Source: an uncultured virus (IMG/VR IMGVR_UViG_3300046746_000620) | Taxonomy: Duplodnaviria > Heunggongvirae > Uroviricota > Caudoviricetes | DNA length: 20,000 nt | IMG/VR virus record: IMGVR_UViG_3300046746_000620 | Span: 54,523 to 74,522 of that record | Strand: one strand, 5' to 3' | Part shown: positions 1 through 9,042 of the stretch, in pieces | How the letters are laid out: every line of letters begins with the position of its first letter | How positions within the stretch are numbered: the stretch's first letter is position 1 | Notes under the pieces: generated by a model | What the model was told of the DNA's origin: nothing | Database searches by the model: none | Seen by the model: only the letters and a program-made list of their open reading frames with translations | Program-made: the position numbers and the translations under genes

Positions 1-1261
1 GTAGAGCGTTAATAAATTGTACACCACCATTATAATCGCCTACAATAGCTTTTATATTAAAATTATTTAATATATAATTAAAATATTGTATATGATTTTT
101 TAAACTTTCTCCAGCCATTGCATAAACATGAACTAATGTACAAGTATTTTTTTCTGGATGTAATTTAAATACCTGCATGGCAAAGTCATCAGAGCTTTCT
201 GATTCAGCCCAACTTGGGTCAAATGCCAATAAATATTTAGCACCTTCTTCTCCTTTCACCTCGACACTCGGATGACTACCTTCTTCTACGGTGCAAGCTT
301 TCATTGTTGAAATCTTAAAATAGCCTGAGCTATCATCAGTAAAAATTGCACCAAATTCTCGATCATATTGACTTTGACTCATGGTTGACTTCGCTTGTTC
401 TACCAAATTCTGATCATATAGTTGTTTTGGAGCGCAGTCATAAGAGAAGTGCATAATAGATCTAGAAGCGTTATCATTTTCATTTTCTTTTAATATAGAT
501 TGCTCAAAGTTTTCGTAAAGCTTATATAGATACTCAAATTTATAACTTGCAGACGAAAGCATAATTAGCTTATTGTTAGGCCAAACATATCTATCCTCTT
601 CTTTCATTTCTCCGCTAGCTATTAGCTTTGTTTCAAGATTGTACATATCTTCTCTTTCTTTTGGATTTTGAACAACAGACAAGAATGGGACGATAACCTC
701 ATTATAAACTCTCTCTGGCATAAGTAACATCTCATCGATAATAATCCTATGAAACCTAAACCCTCTAAGTTTTGATCCATCTCCCAAAGGTAATGCTCGA
801 ATAGAGCTGTCGCCTATTTCCATAACCCATTCATCATTTTGCTTGGAAACTCTTGTAATACAATTTGATAAATATTTGGCTTCTGGTTTAGCAGCGATAT
901 CTTCAATTTTTTTAAAAATCATTTTTGCTTGTCGAAATGATTTAGAAAGTATACCAATATCTACCCCTTGATTCATTATTGCATCCATGAAGGCAAAAAT
1001 TCCAGTAGTCCAGGATTTTGACATACCACGAGACCATATACCCAAAAAGTAATCGCTCTCAAACATTGCTTTTATAGCCATATGTTGAAATGGAAACAAA
1101 TCCACCCCTGCAATTAAATTAGTACTGAAAGTTACATTCTCTTTCAAAAATTTATACAACAATATCTTAGCTTCCCTTTCTTCTAGAAAACCTTGTTTAG
1201 ATTTTAGGATATCATTGATATCCTCTTTCTTTTTCTTTTTGTGTGGTTGCTCCCAAGCCAT
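1..1261 (-). CDS. terL: Terminase large subunit (3' end runs off the left edge of the window)
   Basis: Not in the ORF track; hand-translated from ATG at 1261 (MAWEQPHKKKKKED...). Contains LFPFQ (adenine-binding Q motif), WSRGMSKS (Walker A variant), LRGFRFHRIIIDE (Walker B), LSSAS (motif III), QYDREFGAIF and YLLAFDPS (start of the RNase H-like nuclease domain). Confidence 0.9.
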   Translation of the reverse strand, partial: MAWEQPHKKKKKEDINDILKSKQGFLEEREAKILLYKFLKENVTFSTNLIAGVDLFPFQHMAIKAMFESDYFLGIWSRGMSKSWTTGIFAFMDAIMNQGVDIGILSKSFRQAKMIFKKIEDIAAKPEAKYLSNCITRVSKQNDEWVMEIGDSSIRALPLGDGSKLRGFRFHRIIIDEMLLMPERVYNEVIVPFLSVVQNPKEREDMYNLETKLIASGEMKEEDRYVWPNNKLIMLSSASYKFEYLYKLYENFEQSILKENENDNASRSIMHFSYDCAPKQLYDQNLVEQAKSTMSQSQYDREFGAIFTDDSSGYFKISTMKACTVEEGSHPSVEVKGEEGAKYLLAFDPSWAESESSDDFAMQVFKLHPEKNTCTLVHVYAMAGESLKNHIQYFNYILNNFNIKAIVGDYNGGVQFINAL

Positions 1262-1702
1262 TTAAATTATTTGTTGTATTGCTTCTTGTGATATTCCAGA
1301 TGGAGTATGAATTGTTTTTATACCAACTTCATTAGCATCGTCAATAATTGTTTGAAGATCATCTATTAATAATATGTTTTTATATTCACAATTAAACTTT
1401 TTTTTAGTTTCTTCTATGTGATATCTTTTAGATGGATAAGAGGGATGAATTACGATAATATCAAAAAATTTTTTTTCAAAGATATATGATAAATAATTTT
1501 TACAGATCTCTGCAGCTGGACTTGCTGAAGCTATTCCTACTTTATAACCTTTATTCTTTAAAGATTTGATTACATCTACAGCATTCGGCATCAACATGCT
1601 TTCAACTTGTTGTTTTGATAAAATCTTTGAAGCCCAACTGTCAAATCTCCATATAGTTCTATCTAGATCTATTAATACTATTTTTATTTCTTTTGTGTTC
1701 AT
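1262..1702 (-). CDS. HAD-superfamily phosphatase (MDP-1-like)
   Basis: Motif I IDLDRTIW, motif II IASAS, motif III K (PSK), motif IV LLIDD; 146 aa, no obvious cap domain. Confidence 0.8.
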   Translation of the reverse strand: MNTKEIKIVLIDLDRTIWRFDSWASKILSKQQVESMLMPNAVDVIKSLKNKGYKVGIASASPAAEICKNYLSYIFEKKFFDIIVIHPSYPSKRYHIEETKKKFNCEYKNILLIDDLQTIIDDANEVGIKTIHTPSGISQEAIQQII

Positions 1703-2628
1703 ATTTTTAAAATTCTTTTATCTATATAGTATTGTATGTCGCAGTGCCACATTTCAGGTCCATATTCAAGAAGTATTGGAATTAGGTTTTCGGATCTTTT
1801 TCGCCCCCCTGAAAATATAAACTGACAACTTCTAGGGAACTCATGAGATAATACTCTCATTTGATGCCATACAAAAGTTAAATTTGATTTATGCGGAGAA
1901 AAGGAATTATTTCTAATAATTTTTTCAATAGAACTTTCCACAACAATATATAAAAATGAGTCGAAAGCTACAGCTCTTTCAAGTTCTTTTTTAAATCTTT
2001 CAAACCCTACAGTCATAGTAGATTTAAAATCTGTTTCACTTTTCCTGTCAATGTATGTATGTTTATAATCCTCTCCTGATGCCGTGTAGTCTCCAAAGTC
2101 TAATTTTTGAAGTCTAGAATTAGGGAACTTTAATGGAGTTTGCTCTCTAGTGTCAATCAATATCTCTATGTCATTTAAATTTTTATTTTCTTTTAAAAAT
2201 TTACTTTTAATAATTTTATTTAATAATGGCTCCACTTGGAGCCTCCTACAGGCTTCGCTGTAGGATTTAAAATATAATTTATATATTTCTATTTCAGGTA
2301 AATTAAGTAATTTTAATTCTAAATGATTTGGCGCGTATTGCAAATTTTTGCTAATTATTCTTTTTTGTAATATATCTAATAATATTTGTTGAACATGTTC
2401 ATGGTCAGCTGTCGCTGCCCATTTTTCTAATTCAACATTATTCGAAAAATAAGTAGAAAAATATTGATCTTTATTTTTAAAAGGAATTAATTCATTAGTA
2501 TATAAATTATATCTAGGATAATATGTTGTATAATATTCAGAAAGCAAAATTCCATGAGCTTTTATATGAGTGTGGAGAGAACGCTCACTTTTAAATTTTG
2601 ACCCGCATATTTTACATGTTATACTCAA
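1699..2628 (-). CDS. C2H2 zinc finger plus C-terminal ERCC4-type (XPF/Mus81-like) nuclease
   Basis: N-terminal CKICG...HTHIKAH; C-terminal IDTREQTPL, LDFGDY and IDRKS match the ERCC4 pattern (DxRE...GDY...ERK). Confidence 0.8.
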   Translation of the reverse strand: MSITCKICGSKFKSERSLHTHIKAHGILLSEYYTTYYPRYNLYTNELIPFKNKDQYFSTYFSNNVELEKWAATADHEHVQQILLDILQKRIISKNLQYAPNHLELKLLNLPEIEIYKLYFKSYSEACRRLQVEPLLNKIIKSKFLKENKNLNDIEILIDTREQTPLKFPNSRLQKLDFGDYTASGEDYKHTYIDRKSETDFKSTMTVGFERFKKELERAVAFDSFLYIVVESSIEKIIRNNSFSPHKSNLTFVWHQMRVLSHEFPRSCQFIFSGGRKRSENLIPILLEYGPEMWHCDIQYYIDKRILKI

Positions 2629-3287
2629 CGTCTAACCCACACTGACTGTTTTAAATTTAATAAACATATATATCCATCACTCTCCAATTGCCTCTTGGCA
2701 AGAAGAGTTTGAGAGCCGCCAGGATAATCGTTTCCTTCGAGTAACACGATAGAATGCTTACTTAGATTTGGTTTAAAGGTATTATACTGCTTTAAAACTC
2801 GTTTTTGACAAGGTTCTATTAAGTTACCAAAATGCTTTACCATGTCTTCTTCTGGATATCCTTTTAACATATTTAGACATTCTAATGTTGTTATATTTTT
2901 GTCTATCTTATTTTTAATTTCTTTTATTGGATATGTTATATCATTTATTATTAATAAATCTATATTACTTGAATGATTTAATTTTATATCAGTAGATATA
3001 GATACTTTATTAATATCATAATTTTTATATAATGTTGATTTTATGTTATTTAATCTACTTTGACTAATATTATTAGTATCTAAATAAAATTCATAAGTGC
3101 CCATTTCTATGTCTTCAATAAATTCTCCCAATACTGAATAAAAATCTATAGGTGAATACTCGAAATCTCTTACCTGACCCCCAACTTGAACAATAGAAGT
3201 CAACCCATAGCTTTTAAAGAGATTTAGAGCTAATTGAGTGGTATAATAACGTTCACCCCACAAACTATAATCAGTTTTAAATTGCAT
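2625..3287 (-). CDS. Hypothetical protein, possibly a degenerate class I SAM methyltransferase fold
   Basis: IVQVGG, IDLLIIND and SIVLLEGNDYPGG fall where such proteins have IVExG, IDLLxxD and IIxxDD; the key acidic residues are substituted. Confidence 0.4.
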   Translation of the reverse strand: MQFKTDYSLWGERYYTTQLALNLFKSYGLTSIVQVGGQVRDFEYSPIDFYSVLGEFIEDIEMGTYEFYLDTNNISQSRLNNIKSTLYKNYDINKVSISTDIKLNHSSNIDLLIINDITYPIKEIKNKIDKNITTLECLNMLKGYPEEDMVKHFGNLIEPCQKRVLKQYNTFKPNLSKHSIVLLEGNDYPGGSQTLLAKRQLESDGYICLLNLKQSVWVRR

Positions 3288-4326
3288 CTTCTTTACTAAT
3301 ACCTAAAACTCTAGCCTTCCAGCTATCCATTCTCTCAAGCGAATCAGCTTCTTCTTTTATTAATAATTTTTGTTTTTCTGCCATCTCTACCATTCTAGTT
3401 CTATCTTCTTCATTTTGAAACACCTTCACTAACGATAATATAGATGCATTATCTTTATGTTTATTTTTGACACGCTCTTTTCTATCACCATTTAAACGCG
3501 CGATTAATGTTTCTTGCCTCTTTTCGCATTGATTATATTCTTCGCTCTTTGTTTTTAATAATTCCGCTAATCTAACAGTCATATCTTGTTGGTCTTCACA
3601 TTCTTCAAACATGCGATTTAATTTATCTATTGCTTTACTGATATTTTTTAAATGTATATAATCCATACAAACATTTATATATAAATTTAATTCATCACTT
3701 GTTAAGTCTGGTTTATCCCATACAGATCTTATATATTCAGCCTCAAAGAGTTTTCTATCATCTCCAGATGTATAAGTATTAATAACTTGAATAAAACGAG
3801 GAGCCGAAAGAAATTTCATCGAACTTTCTAAATTGTCTAAATCGCCTCTATTTAGCTTTTTTTCATCTAGATCCTCTTGGCAGTATTCATTTACCTTTTT
3901 AACTACCCTAGAGATTGATTTAGGGGCAAAATATTGGCTATTTAAGGCTGTTTCTGAGGAATGTAATAACCTGAAGTCAACATCTTCGATGAATTTAGCA
4001 ACCTCGGTAACTTCTTTACTTAAATTAGTTACATTTATTTCTGGAAAAATAATTTTTGAAATTTCATAAGCCGTCATTCCTTCTTTCGCATATTGAATCA
4101 TAAACTCTTTCTGTTCTTGAGAGAATGTTATATCTTCTTTTTTTTCTTTTTTTGTTGTATTGTAATTTAACTCTCTATCAACCAAAAATTTTCTAACAGC
4201 TCTCCCCTCTTTTGTTCTTCCATCTAAGCTTTCATCATTGAATGTCAATCGGGTTAATTCTATTAGGTCAGGAACCCTATCATAATTCTCAATTATAAAA
4301 TTAGCTTGTATTTCTGTAAGTTTCAT
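3277..4326 (-). CDS. Hypothetical protein with a possible HTH segment and a long C-terminal coiled coil
   Basis: 349 aa ORF overlapping both neighbours; GMTAYEISKII is HTH-like; the C-terminal third is charged and heptad-rich. Confidence 0.7.
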   Translation of the reverse strand: MKLTEIQANFIIENYDRVPDLIELTRLTFNDESLDGRTKEGRAVRKFLVDRELNYNTTKKEKKEDITFSQEQKEFMIQYAKEGMTAYEISKIIFPEINVTNLSKEVTEVAKFIEDVDFRLLHSSETALNSQYFAPKSISRVVKKVNEYCQEDLDEKKLNRGDLDNLESSMKFLSAPRFIQVINTYTSGDDRKLFEAEYIRSVWDKPDLTSDELNLYINVCMDYIHLKNISKAIDKLNRMFEECEDQQDMTVRLAELLKTKSEEYNQCEKRQETLIARLNGDRKERVKNKHKDNASILSLVKVFQNEEDRTRMVEMAEKQKLLIKEEADSLERMDSWKARVLGISKEDAI

Positions 4327-5039
4327 AATATATCTTGTTTTTTAATCACTTGTTTTGCAATAATTTTAAATTGTTTTTCTGCATTTTTAATTTGTTTATA
4401 ACCTGCAGATCTACCTTTTTCATTAGAGATATACCCTAATTTCTTAGCTATTTCATCATGTGGTAGATGAAGAATATAAAGCATTTCGTAAATTTTAAAT
4501 TGCTTAGGGGTTAACTTGAGCTCCATAGCTTCATGCAATCTTTGAGCAGATAAATCTAAATTAAAACCATTAGAACATGTAATTCTATCTTCTTTATCTG
4601 TTATTGTGGCTGCCAAATTTATATCAAAAGAGCTTTTTTTTCCTACAAGCCATTTTTTATATAATGGACATGTTTTATCTTGGAGCCCCGATTTTGTCCA
4701 GCTGCAAAAATTTTCATTATCATTATAATTATCTTGAGCTCCAGAAGAATTAAATGGACATTGAACACAGGGTTTAACAAAATTTCCATAATAATTTCTT
4801 AATAAATTTTTAAGCTGATTAGATATGATTCTATTCAACCATGGCTTCATAGGGCGTTTTTGATCCCACAAAGACCATTTTTTTTCAATATGCACTAATA
4901 TTATTGACTTTATATCTTCCCACGATATCCAGCTAATGGCATTTAGAAACCACTTACCCCTCCTTTTCTCTACACAGGCTTCTACTTCTTCAAAACTCTC
5001 AATAAATGTTATTTTTCTAGGTCGTCCCCTCTTCTTCAT
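4323..5039 (-). CDS. Phage-encoded ECF-like (sigma70 family) sigma factor
   Basis: Region-2-like WEDIKSIILVHIEKKWSLWDQKRPMKPWLNRIISNQLKNLLR and region-4-like LTPKQFKIYEMLYILHLPHDEIAKKLG. ATG at 5039 preferred over the track's TTG at 5054. Confidence 0.7.
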   Translation of the reverse strand: MKKRGRPRKITFIESFEEVEACVEKRRGKWFLNAISWISWEDIKSIILVHIEKKWSLWDQKRPMKPWLNRIISNQLKNLLRNYYGNFVKPCVQCPFNSSGAQDNYNDNENFCSWTKSGLQDKTCPLYKKWLVGKKSSFDINLAATITDKEDRITCSNGFNLDLSAQRLHEAMELKLTPKQFKIYEMLYILHLPHDEIAKKLGYISNEKGRSAGYKQIKNAEKQFKIIAKQVIKKQDIL

Positions 5040-5298
5040 TCTGTTTTGGCCCAAATATCTCCTCAGCCGAGAATGTTTTTCTTTGCATCGGGGAGACTGT
5101 GTAATTTAACTTTCTAATATTTGGGACAAAATTAGAATCACTCTCAAAATCATTAAGCTCTTCACTAATTTCTACACTATTGCTTATGTTTTTTGAACTC
5201 GTAGCGCTGAAGTTTCCACCACAAAAACTACAGAACTTTGGCTCAATTCCAAGGTATTGATTTTTTTTACCACATTTTTTGCAATATTTGTAGCTCAT
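5017..5298 (-). CDS. Zinc-ribbon protein
   Basis: CKKCG-x11-CSFCG at the N-terminus. Confidence 0.7.
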   Translation of the reverse strand: MSYKYCKKCGKKNQYLGIEPKFCSFCGGNFSATSSKNISNSVEISEELNDFESDSNFVPNIRKLNYTVSPMQRKTFSAEEIFGPKQNEEEGTT

Positions 5299-5519
5299 TT
5301 TATGATATACACAGTTTTTTGTTGAGACCCTGTAGAGGTTTCTTTAAAGAACGGGCTGCTGTTAGATTCTATAATTACAATTTGACTGTTATCTATATGT
5401 AATTTTTTTTGTAAATTTTCTGCCAATAAATCTCGCCTTTTATTCTCTCTCTTTTTATTTATTAGCGCAACGCAAATTGCCGAAAATGCTCCTATTAAAG
5501 CTGATATTACAATTTCCAT
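5295..5519 (-). CDS. Small membrane-anchored hypothetical protein
   Basis: N-terminal hydrophobic stretch IVISALIGAFSAICVALI followed by basic NKKR; ATGA overlap with the next gene. Confidence 0.6.
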   Translation of the reverse strand: MEIVISALIGAFSAICVALINKKRENKRRDLLAENLQKKLHIDNSQIVIIESNSSPFFKETSTGSQQKTVYIIK

Positions 5520-5545
5520 ACATACATTATAATATGTACATATGT

Positions 5546-5743
5546 TTATTTTTCAATAATTTTTATTTCAGCAATTTTACAATCTATTACGCATTCAGAA
5601 AAAAGCCCCATGCAATTATCAAGAGATATGACAGCTTTTTGGAAACCATGGTCAGAAAACCCTATTTGTGTATATATTTTTATTATTCTACCTGAAACTT
5701 CAGTATTGTTGTGGTAAAATCTTATATGCTCACCTTCTCTCAT
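5546..5743 (-). CDS. Hypothetical 65 aa beta-rich protein
   Basis: Co-oriented ORF with ATG start and plausible composition. Confidence 0.55.
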   Translation of the reverse strand: MREGEHIRFYHNNTEVSGRIIKIYTQIGFSDHGFQKAVISLDNCMGLFSECVIDCKIAEIKIIEK

Positions 5744-5955
5744 AACACATTAAAACCAAGAGGTTGGGCATGTATTGTGTAATGGCCCCCCAACCACTGT
5801 TAAATTTTCTGCCCAACCTCTTTTGGTTAAATTTTTTTTTAAATTTTCGCAAAACTTCCACGTTTATATTTACACTTTTAAAAGGTAAAGGGAAAAAGGA
5901 CTGTGTTAAAAATATAGTCCACACAGGAAATTTTTTTGGACTATTTTAATTTAAT

Positions 5956-6687
5956 TCAAGATTTTAATTCTTCTAGTTTTTTAACTATATATTTTAATAT
6001 CTCGCTTCTTTTTATATCTTTATGATCAAAATCAAAAGTATGTATCCCTTGCCTTTTAGAGCTTTCTTCATCAAAGAGTTCTTTAATTGGAGATAAACCA
6101 CTCTTTCCGTTTATATCGCTTTGCATTATATCTCCGCAAATAAACATTTTTGTGTTTTCTCCTATTCTCGTAATTAAAGTTACTAACTCTTTTAAACTGA
6201 AGTTTTGAGCTTCGTCGGCTATTACGATTTGATCGTTTAAGCTGGCTCCTCGTAAATAGTTGATTGGCATAGCTGTAATTACACCTTTGTCAACTAAATT
6301 TTTTGCTGTTGATATTGGTATTAACTCATACAGTTTATCATTAAGCGGCATCATAAATGGGCAAAATTTCTCATCAACATTTCCTGGTAATGCGCCCATG
6401 CCCCTGTCAGCACTTTCAATGATTGTTCGCACATAACTAATACTATAGTTATTATTCATATTAAATAATTGAAGAGCACCGTAAATAGCCATAAACGTTT
6501 TACTTGTTCCAGCAGGACCGTTTATAAAAATTATCTTAGTATCTCTGTCAAATATTAACTTCAACAACTCTTGTTGTTTATCAGAAAAATCTATTTTTTT
6601 GAGCTTCACTTTTGTCTTAGACATGGAGCTCATGATTTTTTCTATTTCTTGATCGTCTTCTATTTCAGATTTTTTGCGTCTTGGCAT
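5956..6687 (-). CDS. phoH: PhoH-family ATPase
   Basis: GPAGTSKT (Walker A), MGALPG, YLRGASL, IADEAQN, TRIGE, GDIMQSD and DIKRS are PhoH-family motifs; likely start MPRRKK at 6687. Confidence 0.95.
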   Translation of the reverse strand: MPRRKKSEIEDDQEIEKIMSSMSKTKVKLKKIDFSDKQQELLKLIFDRDTKIIFINGPAGTSKTFMAIYGALQLFNMNNNYSISYVRTIIESADRGMGALPGNVDEKFCPFMMPLNDKLYELIPISTAKNLVDKGVITAMPINYLRGASLNDQIVIADEAQNFSLKELVTLITRIGENTKMFICGDIMQSDINGKSGLSPIKELFDEESSKRQGIHTFDFDHKDIKRSEILKYIVKKLEELKS

Positions 6688-6903
6688 GTCTATCAAAGAT
6701 ATACTATATGATACACAATTAAAATTCAAGTGTCGCCGATTTTTTTTTGAAAAATGTTATTCACAAAAGATCGAAGCTTTGATTTTTTGAGAAAAACCAC
6801 CCCCCCGCCAAATCTGTCAAGCTTAATCTGTAAAAAATTCAAAAAACGGGGGACATCCTTAAATTTTTAAAAATAAAAATAATAGTTTTTTTTTTGAATT
6901 AGT

Positions 6904-6932
6904 TTGACGTGAAGCTCTTTTTTGTTTAGTTT
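6904..6932 (+). promoter_or_regulatory. Sigma70-type promoter, probably leaderless (ATG 6939)
   Basis: TTGACG-N17-TAGTTT-N6-ATG. Confidence 0.75.
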
Positions 6933-6938
6933 GTATAT

Positions 6939-7151
6939 ATGAACATTACTAAAGGATTAAAAGTCGGAAGCCTTTACCACTCAAAGGTTAATAATAAAGT
7001 TGTTCGTCTCGTGTCTATCGACAGAGTCGGATCTCAACGGATCGCAACGATCAAGCATCATGCGCAAAATCATCTTTTCGAGTCAGAGGTTTTTATCTCT
7101 GACCTAATCAAGGCAACTGCCGATCAAGTCAAGGCTTACTTTAAAAGGTAA
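6939..7151 (+). CDS. Hypothetical early protein (70 aa)
   Basis: ORF starts 6 nt after the predicted -10 box. Confidence 0.75.
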   Translation: MNITKGLKVGSLYHSKVNNKVVRLVSIDRVGSQRIATIKHHAQNHLFESEVFISDLIKATADQVKAYFKR

Positions 7152-7187
7152 GTCTTGACACAACACACAAGGAAAGGTAAAAAAGAA

Positions 7188-7358
7188 ATGATTAAAATAC
7201 TACGAAACCCTAACTTTTCAAATTGGTTTGACATTCGCCTTTTTGGGGAACTAATAGACAACGCAAAATCACAAGCAAAAGCCTTGCAAATTGCAAAACA
7301 AATAAAACGAAACAATCCACATTTTCAAATCGTAACAGAGGGAGAAACAAATGCGTAA
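7188..7358 (+). CDS. Hypothetical protein (56 aa), paralog of 19812..20000
   Basis: ATG 7188 after purine-rich AAGGAAAGG; MIKILRNPNFSNWFDIRLFGELID... Confidence 0.75.
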   Translation: MIKILRNPNFSNWFDIRLFGELIDNAKSQAKALQIAKQIKRNNPHFQIVTEGETNA

Positions 7359-7647
7359 AGTAACAGAAAGAATTAAACAAGCCTTTGAGCAAGGCACTTC
7401 TCTAAAGGTCGGCAACACAAGAACAGACGGCACAAGCGTCTTCTTGCATGGTAACGAGATAATCAAACGAGATGAAAGCGGGCTTGTAATGGCTACGCTT
7501 GCAGGATGGAACACGCCAACCACAAGGGAAAGAATCAACGGCATAACAGGATTGGGCATCTACCAAAAGAACTTTGCTCCTATGCTAAACGGGCAAGAAA
7601 TTGACGAATACGATTGGGTGACGCATACAGAGGAGGTGTATGTATGA
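7351..7647 (+). CDS. Phage hypothetical protein (LHGNxI...GWxTxTTRERIN type)
   Basis: GGGAG SD-like sequence; motif pattern recalled from other phage early proteins, function unknown. Confidence 0.8.
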   Translation: MRKVTERIKQAFEQGTSLKVGNTRTDGTSVFLHGNEIIKRDESGLVMATLAGWNTPTTRERINGITGLGIYQKNFAPMLNGQEIDEYDWVTHTEEVYV

Positions 7648-7694
7648 CTTGCATAATCCTCTTATCCATTGCATTATACTTCTACTCTAAATAA
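7644..7694 (+). CDS. Putative 16 aa hydrophobic micropeptide MTCIILLSIALYFYSK
   Basis: AGGAGG at 7631-7636, 7 nt before the ATG; ATGA overlap with the upstream gene; similar to 10711..10767. Confidence 0.55.
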   Translation: MTCIILLSIALYFYSK

Positions 7695-7705
7695 AATAAG
7701 CCGCC

Positions 7706-7778
7706 TAAGTGACTGAATAACAAGCACTTAGAGCGCGGCGCTGCCGCGTGACCTAAGTACTTAATAAACAACAACTTA
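7706..7778. repeat. Bipartite palindromic element, copy 1
   Basis: TAAGTgactgaataacaagcACTTA-gagcgcggcGCTGCcgcgtgacc-TAAGTacttaataaacaacaACTTA. Confidence 0.95.
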
Positions 7779-7859
7779 CGAAAGTCTCGTACAGAAATCA
7801 TGCCAATTCATGTAATAGAATAATGCAATAAAATAGTTGCCAAATAATTCAAAATAAAT

Positions 7860-7888
7860 TTGACTTTAGTTAATAGATGCTTTAGTTT
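7860..7888 (+). promoter_or_regulatory. Sigma70-type promoter, probably leaderless (ATG 7895)
   Basis: TTGACT-N17-TAGTTT-N6-ATG. Confidence 0.75.
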
Positions 7889-7894
7889 ATATAT

Positions 7895-8245
7895 ATGAAA
7901 TCAATATACAATACAGACACAGAAGAATTTACTTTTAACTTTTTAATGAGCATCGAGGGTGCAACTTATAGAATCGAAGCCGTAGCTTGTCAAGATGACA
8001 TCTTGCTGAGCGAACAATATCGTCCCGAATATATCGACGTTTATATGGCTAAATTAATAAATGACAAAACAGGTGAATTTATAGAATCAAGCATCTATAA
8101 AAACACAGATCTTTTAAAGGTTGTGAGCGACAAGCTCACAGAAAGGCTAATTACAAATGCAAGCAAAACTTGGTTTGTTACTGATGCGCCAAGGCTTTTC
8201 CGTGAGCAATTCGACACTTGCCTTGAAATAATGTTTCAAAAATAA
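7895..8245 (+). CDS. Hypothetical protein (116 aa)
   Basis: ORF track; has its own promoter. Confidence 0.8.
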   Translation: MKSIYNTDTEEFTFNFLMSIEGATYRIEAVACQDDILLSEQYRPEYIDVYMAKLINDKTGEFIESSIYKNTDLLKVVSDKLTERLITNASKTWFVTDAPRLFREQFDTCLEIMFQK

Positions 8246-8257
8246 TTCAAAATAAAT

Positions 8258-8286
8258 TTGACAAAAGTTAAAAAATAGACGATAGT
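8258..8286 (+). promoter_or_regulatory. Possible sigma70-type promoter for 8292
   Basis: TTGACA-N17-GATAGT-N5-ATG; the 23 bp ending within the -35 box are identical to those of the 7860 promoter. Confidence 0.55.
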
Positions 8287-8291
8287 AAGGT

Positions 8292-8627
8292 ATGACAGAA
8301 ATAAAAATAGAATTCGACGAAGTAAACAATGAAGAGTTTTCCGCCTATGCTGAAGTAGGCGAGGAATACTACGAACTGCAAGGCACAACATGGACAGATG
8401 AGCAAGAGTCTCTTTATGGAGATCAAGTCTCAGCCGTTCACTTAGTGGCTTACTTTGATACTCTTGAAAGCGTGAAGCGCTTCGATGGCAACGGCAAACA
8501 AATTGATTCAATGAACTTGGATCTTATCAAAGCAATTAAAAAAGAACTTAATAAAAACATGGATGAAGAGATAGGATCACACTCTTGCCGTGTTGACTAC
8601 TCGCCACAATACTACGACCTAATCTAA
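8292..8627 (+). CDS. Acidic hypothetical protein (111 aa)
   Basis: ORF track; strongly D/E-rich. Confidence 0.8.
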   Translation: MTEIKIEFDEVNNEEFSAYAEVGEEYYELQGTTWTDEQESLYGDQVSAVHLVAYFDTLESVKRFDGNGKQIDSMNLDLIKAIKKELNKNMDEEIGSHSCRVDYSPQYYDLI

Positions 8628-8629
8628 TC

Positions 8630-8803
8630 ATGGAATACATAAAAAACACGATCAACAAATTAAGAACTCAAATCATGGCATTGAATAGCGAAAGAATCAA
8701 GGCAATGAAATTGAACAATAAAAAGAAGGCTTCAGACATTGAAGCTATACAAATAGAATTAGACAATCAAATAGCACGATTGGAAGGTCTCGCACACCGA
8801 TAA
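8630..8803 (+). CDS. Hypothetical coiled-coil protein (57 aa; MEYIKNTINKLRTQ...LEGLAHR)
   Basis: Hand-translated, below the ORF-track cutoff; fills the gap between 8627 and element 2. Confidence 0.7.
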   Translation: MEYIKNTINKLRTQIMALNSERIKAMKLNNKKKASDIEAIQIELDNQIARLEGLAHR

Positions 8804-8814
8804 GATCAGCCCCC

Positions 8815-8887
8815 TAAGTTACTGATAACCAAGCACTTAGGTCAGGGCGCCGCGCTGCGCTGTAAGTGCTTAATAAGCAACTACTTA
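8815..8887. repeat. Bipartite palindromic element, copy 2
   Basis: TAAGTtactgataaccaagcACTTA-ggtcagggcGCCGCgctgcgctg-TAAGTgcttaataagcaactACTTA. Confidence 0.95.
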
Positions 8888-9007
8888 TATAACTCCATAA
8901 ATCTAGTTTAAAATTGCATAATCCCGCCACCACTAAAAAGTTGCACTATTTGACTATTTGGTATTTAAATAAAAAAACAAAAAAAATGAAAATAAATCCG
9001 TATTTGC

Positions 9008-9036
9008 TTGCAAAACACGCACTACTAGTTTACCTT
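9008..9036 (+). promoter_or_regulatory. Sigma70-type promoter, probably leaderless (ATG 9043)
   Basis: TTGCAA-N17-TACCTT-N6-ATG. Confidence 0.7.
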
Positions 9037-9042
9037 GTTTTT

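Noticed and set aside
5730..5949. Track ORFs 5730..5924 (-) and 5764..5949 (+)
   Set aside because: Low-complexity overlapping ORFs in A/T-run DNA; more likely non-coding, with a hairpin ATAGTCCA/TGGACTAT at 5914-5944.
5520..6720. Late-promoter motif (G/A)TGTA followed by AT-rich DNA upstream of phoH and neighbours
   Set aside because: Only 2-3 weak instances with inconsistent spacing; needs the whole genome to test.
7791..7805. Sigma54 promoter-like TGGCATGATTTCTGT on the minus strand
   Set aside because: The -12 GC is replaced by GT, it is a single occurrence, and it points against local transcription.
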